A stretch of DNA of 32,000 nucleotides, taken from Breznakia sp. PF5-3. GTDB lineage: Bacteria > Bacillota_I > Bacilli_A > Erysipelotrichales > Erysipelotrichaceae. Numbering within the stretch: position 1 is the stretch's first letter; each line of letters opens with the position of its first letter. The position numbers and the translations under genes are program-made. The notes below the pieces were generated by a model. It did not search any database, was not told the origin of the DNA, and was given only the letters and a program-made list of their open reading frames with translations. The stretch spans positions 1 to 32,000 of the forward strand of contig NZ_JAQFIQ010000013.1 of the NCBI RefSeq assembly GCF_029504745.1. The letters are read 5' to 3'. Of this stretch, positions 7,801 through 16,423 are shown piece after piece.

Positions 7801-9856
7801 TTGGCAAGATGATTTGGTTTGGTATGAAGGTGTGGTAAAAGGAAACACAGCAACATACCGAGTGAATGTAAAGAATCACAATTATGAAGAAGGGTTATAT
7901 CATGTACATGCATATGCATATGATAAAGGAAATCGAAAGTTTATTTATAATACGACAACCAATGTAACCATACCAAAGTTTCAAATTGATTCGACTGAGA
8001 TTTATAATCTTGATGAAACAGGATTTAATGTGAAAGTGACTACAAGTAATGGCAATGGATTGAAGAGAGTAAGAATACCAGTTTGGACAGATAAGAATTG
8101 GCAAGATGATTTGGTTTGGTATGAAGGAATTGTTGTAGGAAACACAGCGACATACCGAGTGGATGTAAAGAATCATAATTATGAAGATGGATTATATCAT
8201 GTACATGCATATGCATATGATAATGATGATAAAAAATTCATATATAATACAACAACCACTGTAAAAATTCCACCATTAAAAATTGATTCAACTGAGATAC
8301 TTGATTCGGATGAAACAGGATTTACAGTAAAAGTGACAACCAGTGGAGGAAGTGGATTAACAAGAGTAAGAATACCAGTTTGGACAGATAAGAATTGGCA
8401 AGATGATTTGGTTTGGTATGAAGGTGTGGTAAAAGGAAACACAGCGACATACCGAGTGAATGTAAAGAATCACAATTATGAAGAAGGACTATATCATGTA
8501 CATGCATATGCATATGATAAAGGAAATCGAAAGTTTATTTATAATACGACAACCAATGTAACCATACCAAAGTTTCAAATTGATTCGACTGAGATTTATA
8601 ATCTTGATGAAACAGGGTTTGATGTGAAAGTGACTACAAGCAACGGAACAGGATTGAAGAGAGTAAGAATACCAGTTTGGACAGAAAAGAATGGACAGGA
8701 TGATTTGATTTGGTATGAAGGTATAGTTAAGGGCAATACTGCGACTTGTCGGGTAAATATTAGTGATCATAAGAATGAAAGTGGAAAATATATTGTACAT
8801 GCATATGCGTATGATAATGATGATAAAAAATTTATTTATAATACTGAAACTGTAGTACCTTCCAAAGTGCTTGAAATAACAAGTGTTACAGCTACAAAAG
8901 TAAATAGTTATGGATATGAGATTACAGTAAAAGTAAATGATCCTATTCAAATAAAAGAAGTGAAGGTACCAGCATGGACAATGGCAAATGGGCAAGATGA
9001 TGTAGTTTGGCATAATGCAAAAATTGTGAATGGGCAAGCAAAAGTATTTATTTTAGCGGCAAGTCATAATTATGAAAAAGGAACTTATATTAATGATGTA
9101 TATGTATATGGAGTCAATGGTGATCGACTTATTAGTAGATATAATGTAACACTAAATTCTGTATCAGCTAAAATGACAGGTTGGAAAGTCATTGAGGGAG
9201 AAAAATATTTTTTTGATAAAGCAGGAGTTCCTTTCGGAAATGCACCAGCTCTTAAAGTAATTGATGTCAGTGAATGGCAAAAAGAGATTGATTGGAATAA
9301 AGTTAAGGCAAGCGATGTAGATGCTGTTATCCTTCGTTTAGGGTATGGATCAGCATATGAAGATAAATATTTTGCAAGAAATGTAAGGGAGTGTAGAAGA
9401 TTAAATATACCATTTGGTGTATATTTATATAGTTATGCAGAAACAGGACCAGAAGGGAAATTGGAAGGTGAATTTGTCGTAAGGACATTAAAAAAATATG
9501 GTATTACCTCAAAGGAATTATTTTTTCCAGTGTATTATGATTTAGAAGCATTTAGTATAGGGAGCACACCAATCTATGTGCCAACAAATTCTTATATTAG
9601 CATAGTTCATAATTTTGTAACAGTTACTAGAAATGGAGGATATAATCCACATCTATATAGCTATCGAAGTTATTTAAATAGTAATTTAAGAGATTCTAGA
9701 TTATGGCAATATGTTTCTTGGGCAGCAGCATATACAGATACATTAGGATGGTCTAATCCATATTATTCTGGTTCATTTGGATGGCAGTATTCATCATCTG
9801 GAAGCGTTCCAGGAATTAATGGATCAGTAGATATGAATTGTTGGGTAATCAAATAA
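4871..9856 (+). CDS. Giant secreted bifunctional autolysin: GH73-type N-acetylglucosaminidase, nine Bsp-like repeats, one choline-binding-type (CW_binding_1-like) repeat, C-terminal GH25 muramidase
   Basis: SD agagagg precedes ATG 4871 (MKKKILTVLAFSLCLTFFSG signal peptide), so the track start at 4853 is probably too early. Acidic linker. Glucosaminidase motif NALLATAHAALESNWGRS...NNIFGI. Nine 99-aa repeats with IPVWT.KN.QDDL.WYEG...Y.VHAYAYD. GWKVIEGEKYFFDKAG. GH25 motifs VIDVSEWQKEIDWNKVK and YYDLE. Confidence 0.85.
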   Translation: MKKKILTVLAFSLCLTFFSGIDTNILKAEENTTEVEENQDNSNKNDEGTEVLPLDESQTENDTISEENDVTSKETNDTKSSEPIYEEGYYTVGDNGEIEYIDLTPPTEEDDNVNQKNLARSTELGLLKLRTKGSASYITSYSDINGKSGYLNGYYAGDAAYLGNVTGGVKFKVAGTIGTMAPTENHNGVVKNNYKIVPLSNVKSASYYYVSNGLLYHRVAADIEVVDSYLNTTGTPIGVAPSYLSTGTKYYSYDGHYFYTTLQQMINDYKGNIYANSVNPNNVYYSYYQYLNTRSKTTLTASELNAAVRRHTSSGVMLDKSSSFISAQNTNGVNALLATAHAALESNWGRSDMAVSKNNIFGINAGDLDPSGANKFPSVEKCIAAYSEMISIDFCDPKDGLGRYFGGHYGDKASGINVKYASDPYLGEKVGSIALSLDSSRKDLDYYQLAVNEGNNLVAVRKDASQSATSLYTNSNIRSYPVIVLQKNGSFQQIQSDAVLKSDRSGILQDVATYNFSYMYGYVDSSTFKDINVGKNEINTGIKIDSTEILDSDATGFTVKVTTSGGNGLKRVRIPVWTDKNWQDDLVWYEGVVNGNVATCRVELKNHNYEEGLYHVHAYAYDNDDKKFIYNTTTNVTKPKFQIDSTEILDSDATGFTVKVTTSNGNGLKRVRIPVWTDKNGQDDLVWYEGIVVGNTATYRVNVKNHNYEDGLYHVHAYAYDNDDKKFIYNTTTTVKIPPLKIDSTEILDSDETGFTVKVTTSGGSGLTRVRIPVWTDKNWQDDLVWYEGVVKGNTATYRVNVKNHNYEEGLYHVHAYAYDKGNRKFIYNTTTNVTIPKFQIDSTEILDSDATGFTVKVTTSNGNGLKRVRIPVWTDKNWQDDLVWYEGIVVGNTATYRVDVKNHNYEDGLYHVHAYAYDNDDKKFIYNTTTTVKIPPLKIDSTEILDSDETGFTVKVTTSGGSGLTRVRIPVWTDKNWQDDLVWYEGVVKGNTATYRVNVKNHNYEEGLYHVHAYAYDKGNRKFIYNTTTNVTIPKFQIDSTEIYNLDETGFNVKVTTSNGNGLKRVRIPVWTDKNWQDDLVWYEGIVVGNTATYRVDVKNHNYEDGLYHVHAYAYDNDDKKFIYNTTTTVKIPPLKIDSTEILDSDETGFTVKVTTSGGSGLTRVRIPVWTDKNWQDDLVWYEGVVKGNTATYRVNVKNHNYEEGLYHVHAYAYDKGNRKFIYNTTTNVTIPKFQIDSTEIYNLDETGFDVKVTTSNGTGLKRVRIPVWTEKNGQDDLIWYEGIVKGNTATCRVNISDHKNESGKYIVHAYAYDNDDKKFIYNTETVVPSKVLEITSVTATKVNSYGYEITVKVNDPIQIKEVKVPAWTMANGQDDVVWHNAKIVNGQAKVFILAASHNYEKGTYINDVYVYGVNGDRLISRYNVTLNSVSAKMTGWKVIEGEKYFFDKAGVPFGNAPALKVIDVSEWQKEIDWNKVKASDVDAVILRLGYGSAYEDKYFARNVRECRRLNIPFGVYLYSYAETGPEGKLEGEFVVRTLKKYGITSKELFFPVYYDLEAFSIGSTPIYVPTNSYISIVHNFVTVTRNGGYNPHLYSYRSYLNSNLRDSRLWQYVSWAAAYTDTLGWSNPYYSGSFGWQYSSSGSVPGINGSVDMNCWVIK
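6493..9165 (+). repeat. Coding tandem repeat, 297-bp unit x9, with a 594-bp higher-order repeat (about 3 copies, 6793-8575)
   Basis: Unit starts at 6793, 7090, 7387, 7684, 7981, 8278, 8575 and 8872. Antisense shadow ORFs at 7009, 7603 and 8197 give identical 81-aa translations, so the copies are near-identical DNA. Confidence 0.9.
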
Positions 9857-10160
9857 TTAGTTAATACTTATAATTGCATTGATAAGAAGATAGGGTAAAA
9901 AGGTTAAATGGCAAATTTTTGTTAGATTAGCCTTTTTTTATGAATAGCATTCATTAGAAAAGGTTATTATACAAGGAATTGACAAATGAACACACCATAT
10001 ATTTGTCAATTTCAATAATACTGAGATAGTAAAAAATATAGTAAAAGTTGTTTTCGTTTATTCACTATAAATAAAAACTAAATTATAGTACAATATATGA
10101 GTAATGGTTTATATTATTTAATTGTGTATTGAAAGAAAATCATATAAGGAGAGAAATATT

Positions 10161-11219
10161 ATGAAATATTCAGATAGTTATATAAAAATGGATATGCAAA
10201 AAATTTATTGTGATGACTATGTTTCAAAAATAGAAAGCAAAAGTACAATTTTAGTAACAGGATGTAATGGAATGATTGCAACTTATTTGATTTATTTCTT
10301 TTTATTTCTAAACGATGAGCATAAAAAGAATATTCATGTTATTGGTATGACAAGAAGTCCAAATAAAACAATGAAAAAATATCAAGATATCATAGACCGT
10401 AAGGATTTTACAATCATAGAACATGATGTGAATAATGTATTTGATATAGATATAGATATTGATTATATTTTTCATTTTGCAAGTAATGCAGATCCGAAAA
10501 ATATTCTTGAACGACCAGTGGATATCATTCGAGCAAATACTTTGGGGTTAATGAATGTATTGGAATATGCAAAAGAAAAAAAGATAAAAAAAATTATTTT
10601 CCCCTCTACACGAGAAGTATATGGGAAGATGAGTGAAAATTATGAAGAAGTACATGAATATGATTTAGGAGTTCTAAATCAATTGGAAACAAGAGCATGT
10701 TATCCAGAAAGTAAGAAAATGGCAGAATGTATTTTAAATTCATACTATCTACAATATCAAGTTCCATATGCTATTTTCAGAATTGCACACTCTTATGGCC
10801 CAGGAATGCCAATTGAAAAAGATGGGCGAATTATGTCTGATTTAGTTGGGAATGTTGTTCGTGGAGAAGATATTTTATTAAATAGTGATGGCAGTGCAAT
10901 TCGTGGATTTATTTATTTGACTGATATGATTTCAGGGATGCTTTATGGTACCTTTATAGGTTTGGATGCTGAAGTTTATAATTTGGCAAATGAAAAGGAA
11001 AATTTATCAATTTTAGAGTTAGCTAAAATGCTTGTTTCCTTACAGCCTAATAAGGAATTAAAAGTGACTTATAAGAAGATTAGTGAAAAGGAAAAAGAAG
11101 GATATACAAAATTTAAACGAGTACGCTTGAATATGAATAAATTAGAAAAATTGGGATGGTCCCCGCAAGTGTCTTTGATTGATGGATTAAAAACAACCAT
11201 CAAGAGCTATGAAAGTTAG
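10161..11219 (+). CDS. NAD-dependent epimerase/dehydratase family protein (extended SDR)
   Basis: SD aaggagag precedes ATG 10161. Rossmann motif VTGCNGMIATYL. Catalytic YPESK (YxxxK). Length about 352 aa. Confidence 0.75.
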   Translation: MKYSDSYIKMDMQKIYCDDYVSKIESKSTILVTGCNGMIATYLIYFFLFLNDEHKKNIHVIGMTRSPNKTMKKYQDIIDRKDFTIIEHDVNNVFDIDIDIDYIFHFASNADPKNILERPVDIIRANTLGLMNVLEYAKEKKIKKIIFPSTREVYGKMSENYEEVHEYDLGVLNQLETRACYPESKKMAECILNSYYLQYQVPYAIFRIAHSYGPGMPIEKDGRIMSDLVGNVVRGEDILLNSDGSAIRGFIYLTDMISGMLYGTFIGLDAEVYNLANEKENLSILELAKMLVSLQPNKELKVTYKKISEKEKEGYTKFKRVRLNMNKLEKLGWSPQVSLIDGLKTTIKSYES

Positions 11220-11228
11220 GTGAATAAA

Positions 11229-11942
11229 ATGAATATTGCAGTAATTTTTGCAGGCGGCGTTGGTGCTAGAATGGGGAATATTGATAGGCCAAAGCAATTT
11301 TTAGAAGTAGATGGAATACCTGTAATCATCCATACACTTTTGCATTTCGAAAGATGTGAAAAAATAGATTATATTTCGATAGCTTGTATTTCAGAATATA
11401 TTTCATATCTTAAAGAACTATTAGAAAAATATCAGATAAAAAAAGTCCGTTGGATATCACCTGGAGGTGATACAGGACAATTATCAATTTTTAATGGCGT
11501 AAAAGCTGTCTATGATGATCTTGAAATAGATCGAAATGCTACAATCTTGGTACATGATGCTGTTCGTCCTATGATTGATGAAGAACTAATTTTAAATAAT
11601 ATTGATAATATTGAAAAGAATGGAAATTCTGTCACTGTTTGTGGTGCTATTGAAACTATTTTTATGAGTAAGAACAATAAAGACATTGACTCAATTTTAA
11701 ATCGTAATAATGCTTATCATGCAAAAGCGCCACAATGTTTTCGACTTGATGAATTATACAATGCTCATATAGATGCAATTGAAAAAAAAGATATCAACAA
11801 TTGGGATTCATGCTCACTAATGTTTAAAAATGGAGTAACTTTATCGTTTGTATTAGGTAAAAGCTCAAATATTAAAATAACCACAATGGAAGATTTTTAT
11901 ATTTTTGAAACAATGTATCATTTAAATAAAAAAAGAAAATAA
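11229..11942 (+). CDS. IspD/TarI-family cytidylyltransferase (likely ribitol-5-phosphate or other polyol-phosphate cytidylyltransferase)
   Basis: N-terminus MNIAVIFAGGVGARMG..PKQFL is the IspD/TarI signature. SD aggtg is 8 nt upstream of ATG 11229. Cell-wall polymer gene context. Confidence 0.7.
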   Translation: MNIAVIFAGGVGARMGNIDRPKQFLEVDGIPVIIHTLLHFERCEKIDYISIACISEYISYLKELLEKYQIKKVRWISPGGDTGQLSIFNGVKAVYDDLEIDRNATILVHDAVRPMIDEELILNNIDNIEKNGNSVTVCGAIETIFMSKNNKDIDSILNRNNAYHAKAPQCFRLDELYNAHIDAIEKKDINNWDSCSLMFKNGVTLSFVLGKSSNIKITTMEDFYIFETMYHLNKKRK

Positions 11943-12094
11943 ATAGTTGATATTATTTTTACATGTATATATAAATGATAGATTATATGTATGATTTTTA
12001 TGGATTCTTTCAACTGGAAAGATAATGACAATTATATTGATTAATGGTATAATTTATATATTATTTTATGAATTTTAATGAGGAGAATATTAGA

Positions 12095-13201
12095 ATGAAA
12101 ATTGCTACATTAAGTTTAAATGTAAATACAGATGATTTGAATTTTGGTGCTGTCATGCATAGTTATTCATTTCAACAAGTATTAATCAAATTGGGTTATA
12201 CAGATACTGAAATAATTAATTATATTCCCCAAAAAGTAGAACATATAAATAGAAAATATCCTTTATTTACTAGCTTTAAAAAATTTACCGTTATTAAGTT
12301 TGGCATGAGTATACTTACTTTTTTCTCTCATGCAAAAAAATATGATAAATTTGAAAAATTTATAAATACTAATATGAAACTTTCATCACAATCATTTACA
12401 CAAGAGCAACTAAATAATGCAGAGTTACCATACGATTGTATTATTTGTGAAAGTGATGTTATATGGAGTCCAGGTTTTTTTAATGGAGGTTTTGATAAAG
12501 CTTTTTTTATGGCATTGGATAGCATGAAAGAATGTAAGAAAATAGCATATTCAGCAAGTTTAGCAAATGGTGATTTTAATGAAAAACAAGATAAAGAATT
12601 TGCGAAGCTATTAGAAAATGTTGATTTCATTTCATGTAGAGAAAAATATGGAGTAGATTTAACAAAAGAACATACAACAAAAGATGTAGCACATGTATTA
12701 GATCCAACCCTATTATTAAAGGAAGCAGATTATACACATTTATTAAAAAAATCATCTATTGACGATAAGTATATTTTAATATATTTCCCTTTAAGCTATA
12801 ACAAAGCATTGGTAAATCTAGCAAAAAAATATGCTAAAAAGCATAATTATAAAACAATTGAGATTTCGAATTATGTTTGGGAGAAATTTTCTCACAAAAC
12901 ATATTGTTCTGCAGGAATAGAAGACTTTTTAACTTTAATAAAAAATGCTGAATGCATTTTCACGAATTCATTACACGCAGTTTGTTTTTCGATTATTTTT
13001 CATCGTCCTTTTTATGGGTTTGCTAGGGCAACAGGTCGTAAAACGGAAGATCTTTTAGAAAGTTTAAATTTAAGTGATCGGTATATTAAAGATAATAATT
13101 TTATTGAAGGCAATGATATTAATTATAATGAAGTTGATAAAATATTAGATGATAGAATTGATTACTCTATGAATTGGCTGAAAAATGCTTTAGCTAAATA
13201 A
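12095..13201 (+). CDS. Polysaccharide pyruvyl transferase family protein
   Basis: SD gaggag precedes ATG 12095. N-terminus MKIATLSLN....NFGAVMHSYSFQQVL and length about 368 aa are typical of the PS_pyruv_trans family. Confidence 0.65.
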   Translation: MKIATLSLNVNTDDLNFGAVMHSYSFQQVLIKLGYTDTEIINYIPQKVEHINRKYPLFTSFKKFTVIKFGMSILTFFSHAKKYDKFEKFINTNMKLSSQSFTQEQLNNAELPYDCIICESDVIWSPGFFNGGFDKAFFMALDSMKECKKIAYSASLANGDFNEKQDKEFAKLLENVDFISCREKYGVDLTKEHTTKDVAHVLDPTLLLKEADYTHLLKKSSIDDKYILIYFPLSYNKALVNLAKKYAKKHNYKTIEISNYVWEKFSHKTYCSAGIEDFLTLIKNAECIFTNSLHAVCFSIIFHRPFYGFARATGRKTEDLLESLNLSDRYIKDNNFIEGNDINYNEVDKILDDRIDYSMNWLKNALAK

Positions 13202-13213
13202 TTAAAGAAAGAG

Positions 13214-14044
13214 ATGATTATGGATAATACAAGTACTTTGAAAAATATTCAAAAAATTGAATTAGAGATAGCTGCACATATTTTTGATTTATGCAGAAAA
13301 CATAAGTTGACGTGTGTCCTTGCAGGAGGGAGTTGTTTGGGTGCAATTCGACACAAAGGGATGATTCCTTGGGATGATGATATTGACTTGGCTATGCCAC
13401 GTAATGACTATGAGCGCTTTATTGAATTATGCGAAAAAGAGTTAAGTTCAAAATATTTTTTCCAACATTTAGATAGTGAAGAGAATTGTGCCTATATTTT
13501 TGGGAAAGTAAGAAAAAATAATACAAAACTTACTGAGGAATATTCGCATAATATTAAAATGCATCAAGGAATTTGGGTTGATATATTTCCTTATGATAAT
13601 ATTTCTGATAGTCATTTACGAAGAAAATTTAACAATATGTGGATTTCATTTTATAAAAATCTTTTGATTGTTAAAGTGGGTTTCGGGATTCCTCGAAATA
13701 GTAGTTTCTTATTTTCTGTTGCTTATTATATTTCAAAAATTATTTCATTGTTTTTTTCGAAAAAATTTTTAAAGAAAAAACTCAGAAAACATATGCTCAA
13801 GTACAATAATCAAAAAACAGAAAAAATTCGCCCTTATGCTGGTGCTTATGGTGAAGCAGAGAATATGTCTAATGATTTATTTGAGAACCCAATAGAGGTG
13901 GATTTTAATGGATATAAGTTTTTAACATTTAAAGAATATGATATGTATTTGACAAAACTATATGGTGATTATATGACACCTCCACCTCCTGAAAAAAGAA
14001 ATGGTGGAAATCATCATATTAAAGAAGTTATTTGTGGGGAATAA
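13214..14044 (+). CDS. licD: LicD-family phosphotransferase (transfers phosphocholine, phosphoribitol or a similar head group onto a glycopolymer)
   Basis: Signature LAGGSCLGAIRHKGMIPWDDDIDLAMPRNDYERF. An alternative start is ATG 13220. Confidence 0.8.
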   Translation: MIMDNTSTLKNIQKIELEIAAHIFDLCRKHKLTCVLAGGSCLGAIRHKGMIPWDDDIDLAMPRNDYERFIELCEKELSSKYFFQHLDSEENCAYIFGKVRKNNTKLTEEYSHNIKMHQGIWVDIFPYDNISDSHLRRKFNNMWISFYKNLLIVKVGFGIPRNSSFLFSVAYYISKIISLFFSKKFLKKKLRKHMLKYNNQKTEKIRPYAGAYGEAENMSNDLFENPIEVDFNGYKFLTFKEYDMYLTKLYGDYMTPPPPEKRNGGNHHIKEVICGE

Positions 14045-14062
14045 GAAGTGTTTCGTATTATT

Positions 14063-14100
14063 AAAAAAGACTATTAAGGCATGTGAATAGTCTTTTTTTG
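14063..14100 (+). terminator. Rho-independent terminator after licD (A-run/T-run flanks, potentially bidirectional)
   Basis: aagactatt (14067-14075) pairs with aatagtctt (14086-14094), then a T run to 14099. Confidence 0.75.
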
Positions 14101-14153
14101 TGACATTATGTATTATATAAAAATGATAATTCATGTTATAATAATTTCATTTA

Positions 14154-15599
14154 ATGGAGATGATTATGGTTATAGAGATTATATTTATATTTATCACTTT
14201 AATATTATTATTTTCTGCTTCTTGGGCTTTGGATTACTTTGGTCTTTCATGCTTTGAGCAGATTGTTTTTCATTTAAAAGTGCCATTAGAAGGAACAAAT
14301 ACGGAGTTTATTTTTGATTGGATAAAGAAATGTGTTAGTAAAGCAGTTGTAAGCACATTGTTTATATGCTTACCGTTACTTAATGAAAATTATAAGAATA
14401 ACTTTTTTGTAATTTCAATGATATTAAGTTTGATATTTTTGTTTTTAGCTGCAAACCGTGTAGGACTCTTTGGGTTTGTGGGGAATCTCTTTAAAGGTAC
14501 TGAGTTATATGAAGAAGAATATATAGATGGCAAGAATATTAAAATAGAATTTCCTAAAAAGAAAAAAAATCTAATATATATCTATGTGGAATCTTTAGAA
14601 AATACCTACACATCAAAAGATAATGGAGGTAATAATAATGATGATTTACTTTACCCATTATCAAAATATGCTACGGACAATATAAATTTTTCCAATACAG
14701 AAACATTAGGTGGAGCTAAAGTTGTATCTGGTACGGGTTGGACAACTGGTGGTATTGTTGCTCAAAGTGGTGGTGTTCCCTTATTAGTACCCTTGAATCA
14801 AAAACGTTTTAGTAAGAAAACAGATTTTTTACCAGGTTTATATGCACTTGGTGATATTCTGGAAAAAGAAGGATATAATCAAGAATATATGATAGGATCA
14901 GATGCAATTTTTGGAGGTCGTGAATTTTATTTTAAAAAGCATGGGAATTATAAGGTTTTTGATTTAAATACAGCTTATAAGGAAAATAAGATTGCAAAAG
15001 ACTATAAAGAATTTTGGGGATATGAAGATGAAAAATTGATATCTTTCGCAAAAGAAGAAATTTTAAATCTTGCCAATGAAAATAAACCTTTTAATTTTAC
15101 TATGCTTACGGTTGATACACATCACCCATATGGCTATGTTTGTAAGAATTGTGAGAGCAAATATCCAGAGCGACTTTCCAATGTCATTGCATGTAATAGT
15201 AAGCAGATTGGTGAATTGGTTGAATGGATAACTAAACAAGAGTTTTATAAGGATACAACACTAATTATTACAGGAGATCATTTGAGCATGGCAGCTGAGT
15301 ATATACATAAGACATATGATAAGACATATGAGAGAACTATTTTTAATACTTTTATGAATAGTTCTATACCTGCTGCTAACACAACACATAGAAAGTTTAC
15401 AAGCTTCGATATGTTTCCTACAACATTAGCTAGTATGGGAGTTCATATTGAAGGAAACCGTTTGGGGTTAGGAACAAATTTATTTTCTAGTGAAAAGACC
15501 CTTATAGAAAAGTATGGATTTGATTTTATTGACCAAGAACTACGTAAGCAATCATTATATTATAAAAGAAATATTTTAAAAAGAGGTATCACTAAATAG
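14154..15599 (+). CDS. LtaS/MdoB-like membrane sulfatase-fold transferase (phosphoglycerol or LTA-synthase family)
   Basis: About three N-terminal TM helices, then a sulfatase-fold ectodomain (YIYVESLE, GTGWTTGGIVAQSGG, TVDTHHPYG, ITGDHL). The start could be ATG 14166. Confidence 0.65.
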   Translation: MEMIMVIEIIFIFITLILLFSASWALDYFGLSCFEQIVFHLKVPLEGTNTEFIFDWIKKCVSKAVVSTLFICLPLLNENYKNNFFVISMILSLIFLFLAANRVGLFGFVGNLFKGTELYEEEYIDGKNIKIEFPKKKKNLIYIYVESLENTYTSKDNGGNNNDDLLYPLSKYATDNINFSNTETLGGAKVVSGTGWTTGGIVAQSGGVPLLVPLNQKRFSKKTDFLPGLYALGDILEKEGYNQEYMIGSDAIFGGREFYFKKHGNYKVFDLNTAYKENKIAKDYKEFWGYEDEKLISFAKEEILNLANENKPFNFTMLTVDTHHPYGYVCKNCESKYPERLSNVIACNSKQIGELVEWITKQEFYKDTTLIITGDHLSMAAEYIHKTYDKTYERTIFNTFMNSSIPAANTTHRKFTSFDMFPTTLASMGVHIEGNRLGLGTNLFSSEKTLIEKYGFDFIDQELRKQSLYYKRNILKRGITK

Positions 15600-16023
15600 T
15601 GATACCTTTACTGTACAAGTCATCAAAAAATTGGAAAGCGATATTTTCTGGTACGCCTTTGGTAGTTAATAGATTTATAATATTTGTATTACTTATTTCC
15701 TCATCTTTAAGTAAGAATAAACAAGCAAACGTATTTGCTTCTCTTTCTAATTTGTTCTTTTTTATACGGATTGAGAAATTGAAATTAATATTTTGATCAT
15801 AATGTAAAATGCGATGACCAAGTTCATGTAAAATTAAAAAATTTTGATAAGAAATATCTAAATCCTTTTTCATAAACAACGTATTCATATTGATGAGCAT
15901 AGCATCTGTATTCATGGGAAGGATATTTTCCTCGAGGATGGAAATGTTATAAAAAGATAATAATTCTTCCAGTGTAAAATGGTGATAATTTTGTAAAGTG
16001 GATTCAATATGTTTTATATTCAT
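15592..16023 (-). CDS. ImmA/IrrE-family zinc metallopeptidase (anti-repressor protease)
   Basis: HEXXH motif in LHELGHRILH. 143 aa. Lies immediately downstream of the XRE repressor with a 2-nt gap, the ImmR/ImmA arrangement. Confidence 0.75.
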   Translation of the reverse strand: MNIKHIESTLQNYHHFTLEELLSFYNISILEENILPMNTDAMLINMNTLFMKKDLDISYQNFLILHELGHRILHYDQNINFNFSIRIKKNKLEREANTFACLFLLKDEEISNTNIINLLTTKGVPENIAFQFFDDLYSKGITI

Positions 16024-16025
16024 TA

Positions 16026-16406
16026 TTAAGTTATTTGCTTAGCAGCTACCTTTAATAAATCTAAAACCGTGTTGGCAAACTTTACAATTTCTTCATCACT
16101 CATTTTATCGATATCATAACCCCCATATGCTGCAATCATAGGTTGTTCAACTAAAAATTTCATAGCATCTTCGGCAGTTGAAAATCTTTGATCACTATCT
16201 CCAGTGAGTTCGTTCATACTCACATTTAAAATGTTTGCGAGTTTACTCATACGGTCAACACGAGGATAACTTTGAGCATTTACCCAACTTGAAATAGTAG
16301 ATAACGGTAAATCCATTTCCCGGGCAATTATTGTCTGCGAAATTTTTTTCTTTTCCATGATTCTTTTCAAATTTTTGACAAAAATATCTCTTGCATTCTT
16401 TTCCAT
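16026..16406 (-). CDS. XRE-family HTH repressor (cI/ImmR-like)
   Basis: HTH_3 segment KKISQTIIAREMDLPLSTISSWVNAQSYPRVDRMSKLANILNVSMNELTG. Divergent from the tail operon across an operator-rich intergenic region. Confidence 0.85.
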   Translation of the reverse strand: MEKNARDIFVKNLKRIMEKKKISQTIIAREMDLPLSTISSWVNAQSYPRVDRMSKLANILNVSMNELTGDSDQRFSTAEDAMKFLVEQPMIAAYGGYDIDKMSDEEIVKFANTVLDLLKVAAKQIT

Positions 16407-16423
16407 AAAAACTCCTTTCTTAA

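Noticed and set aside
5552-9037. Series of minus-strand ORFs inside the second hydrolase gene (5552-5737, 6837-7028, 7009-7254, 7134-7325, 7603-7848, 7728-7919, 7895-8176, 8197-8442, 8322-8513, 8489-9037)
   Set aside because: They lie antisense to a well-supported 1661-aa CDS and are periodic with the 594-bp repeat. They are useful only as evidence of repeat identity.
1515-9165. Possible CRISPR array, because of the regular repeats
   Set aside because: The repeat units are 297 bp, contiguous with no unique spacers, and in frame within protein-coding genes. No 25-40-bp direct repeat/spacer pattern exists anywhere in the window.
9857-9960. Terminator after the GH25 autolysin gene (aaaaagg ... 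gcctttttttat around 9896-9950)
   Set aside because: I could not build a convincing contiguous stem. Only a 3-bp ggc/gcc pairing plus A/T runs is present, so no terminator is called.
15599-15796. 65-aa plus-strand ORF after the LtaS-like gene
   Set aside because: It lies entirely antisense to the ImmA-family gene, has no SD, and gives a hydrophobic nonsense-like sequence.
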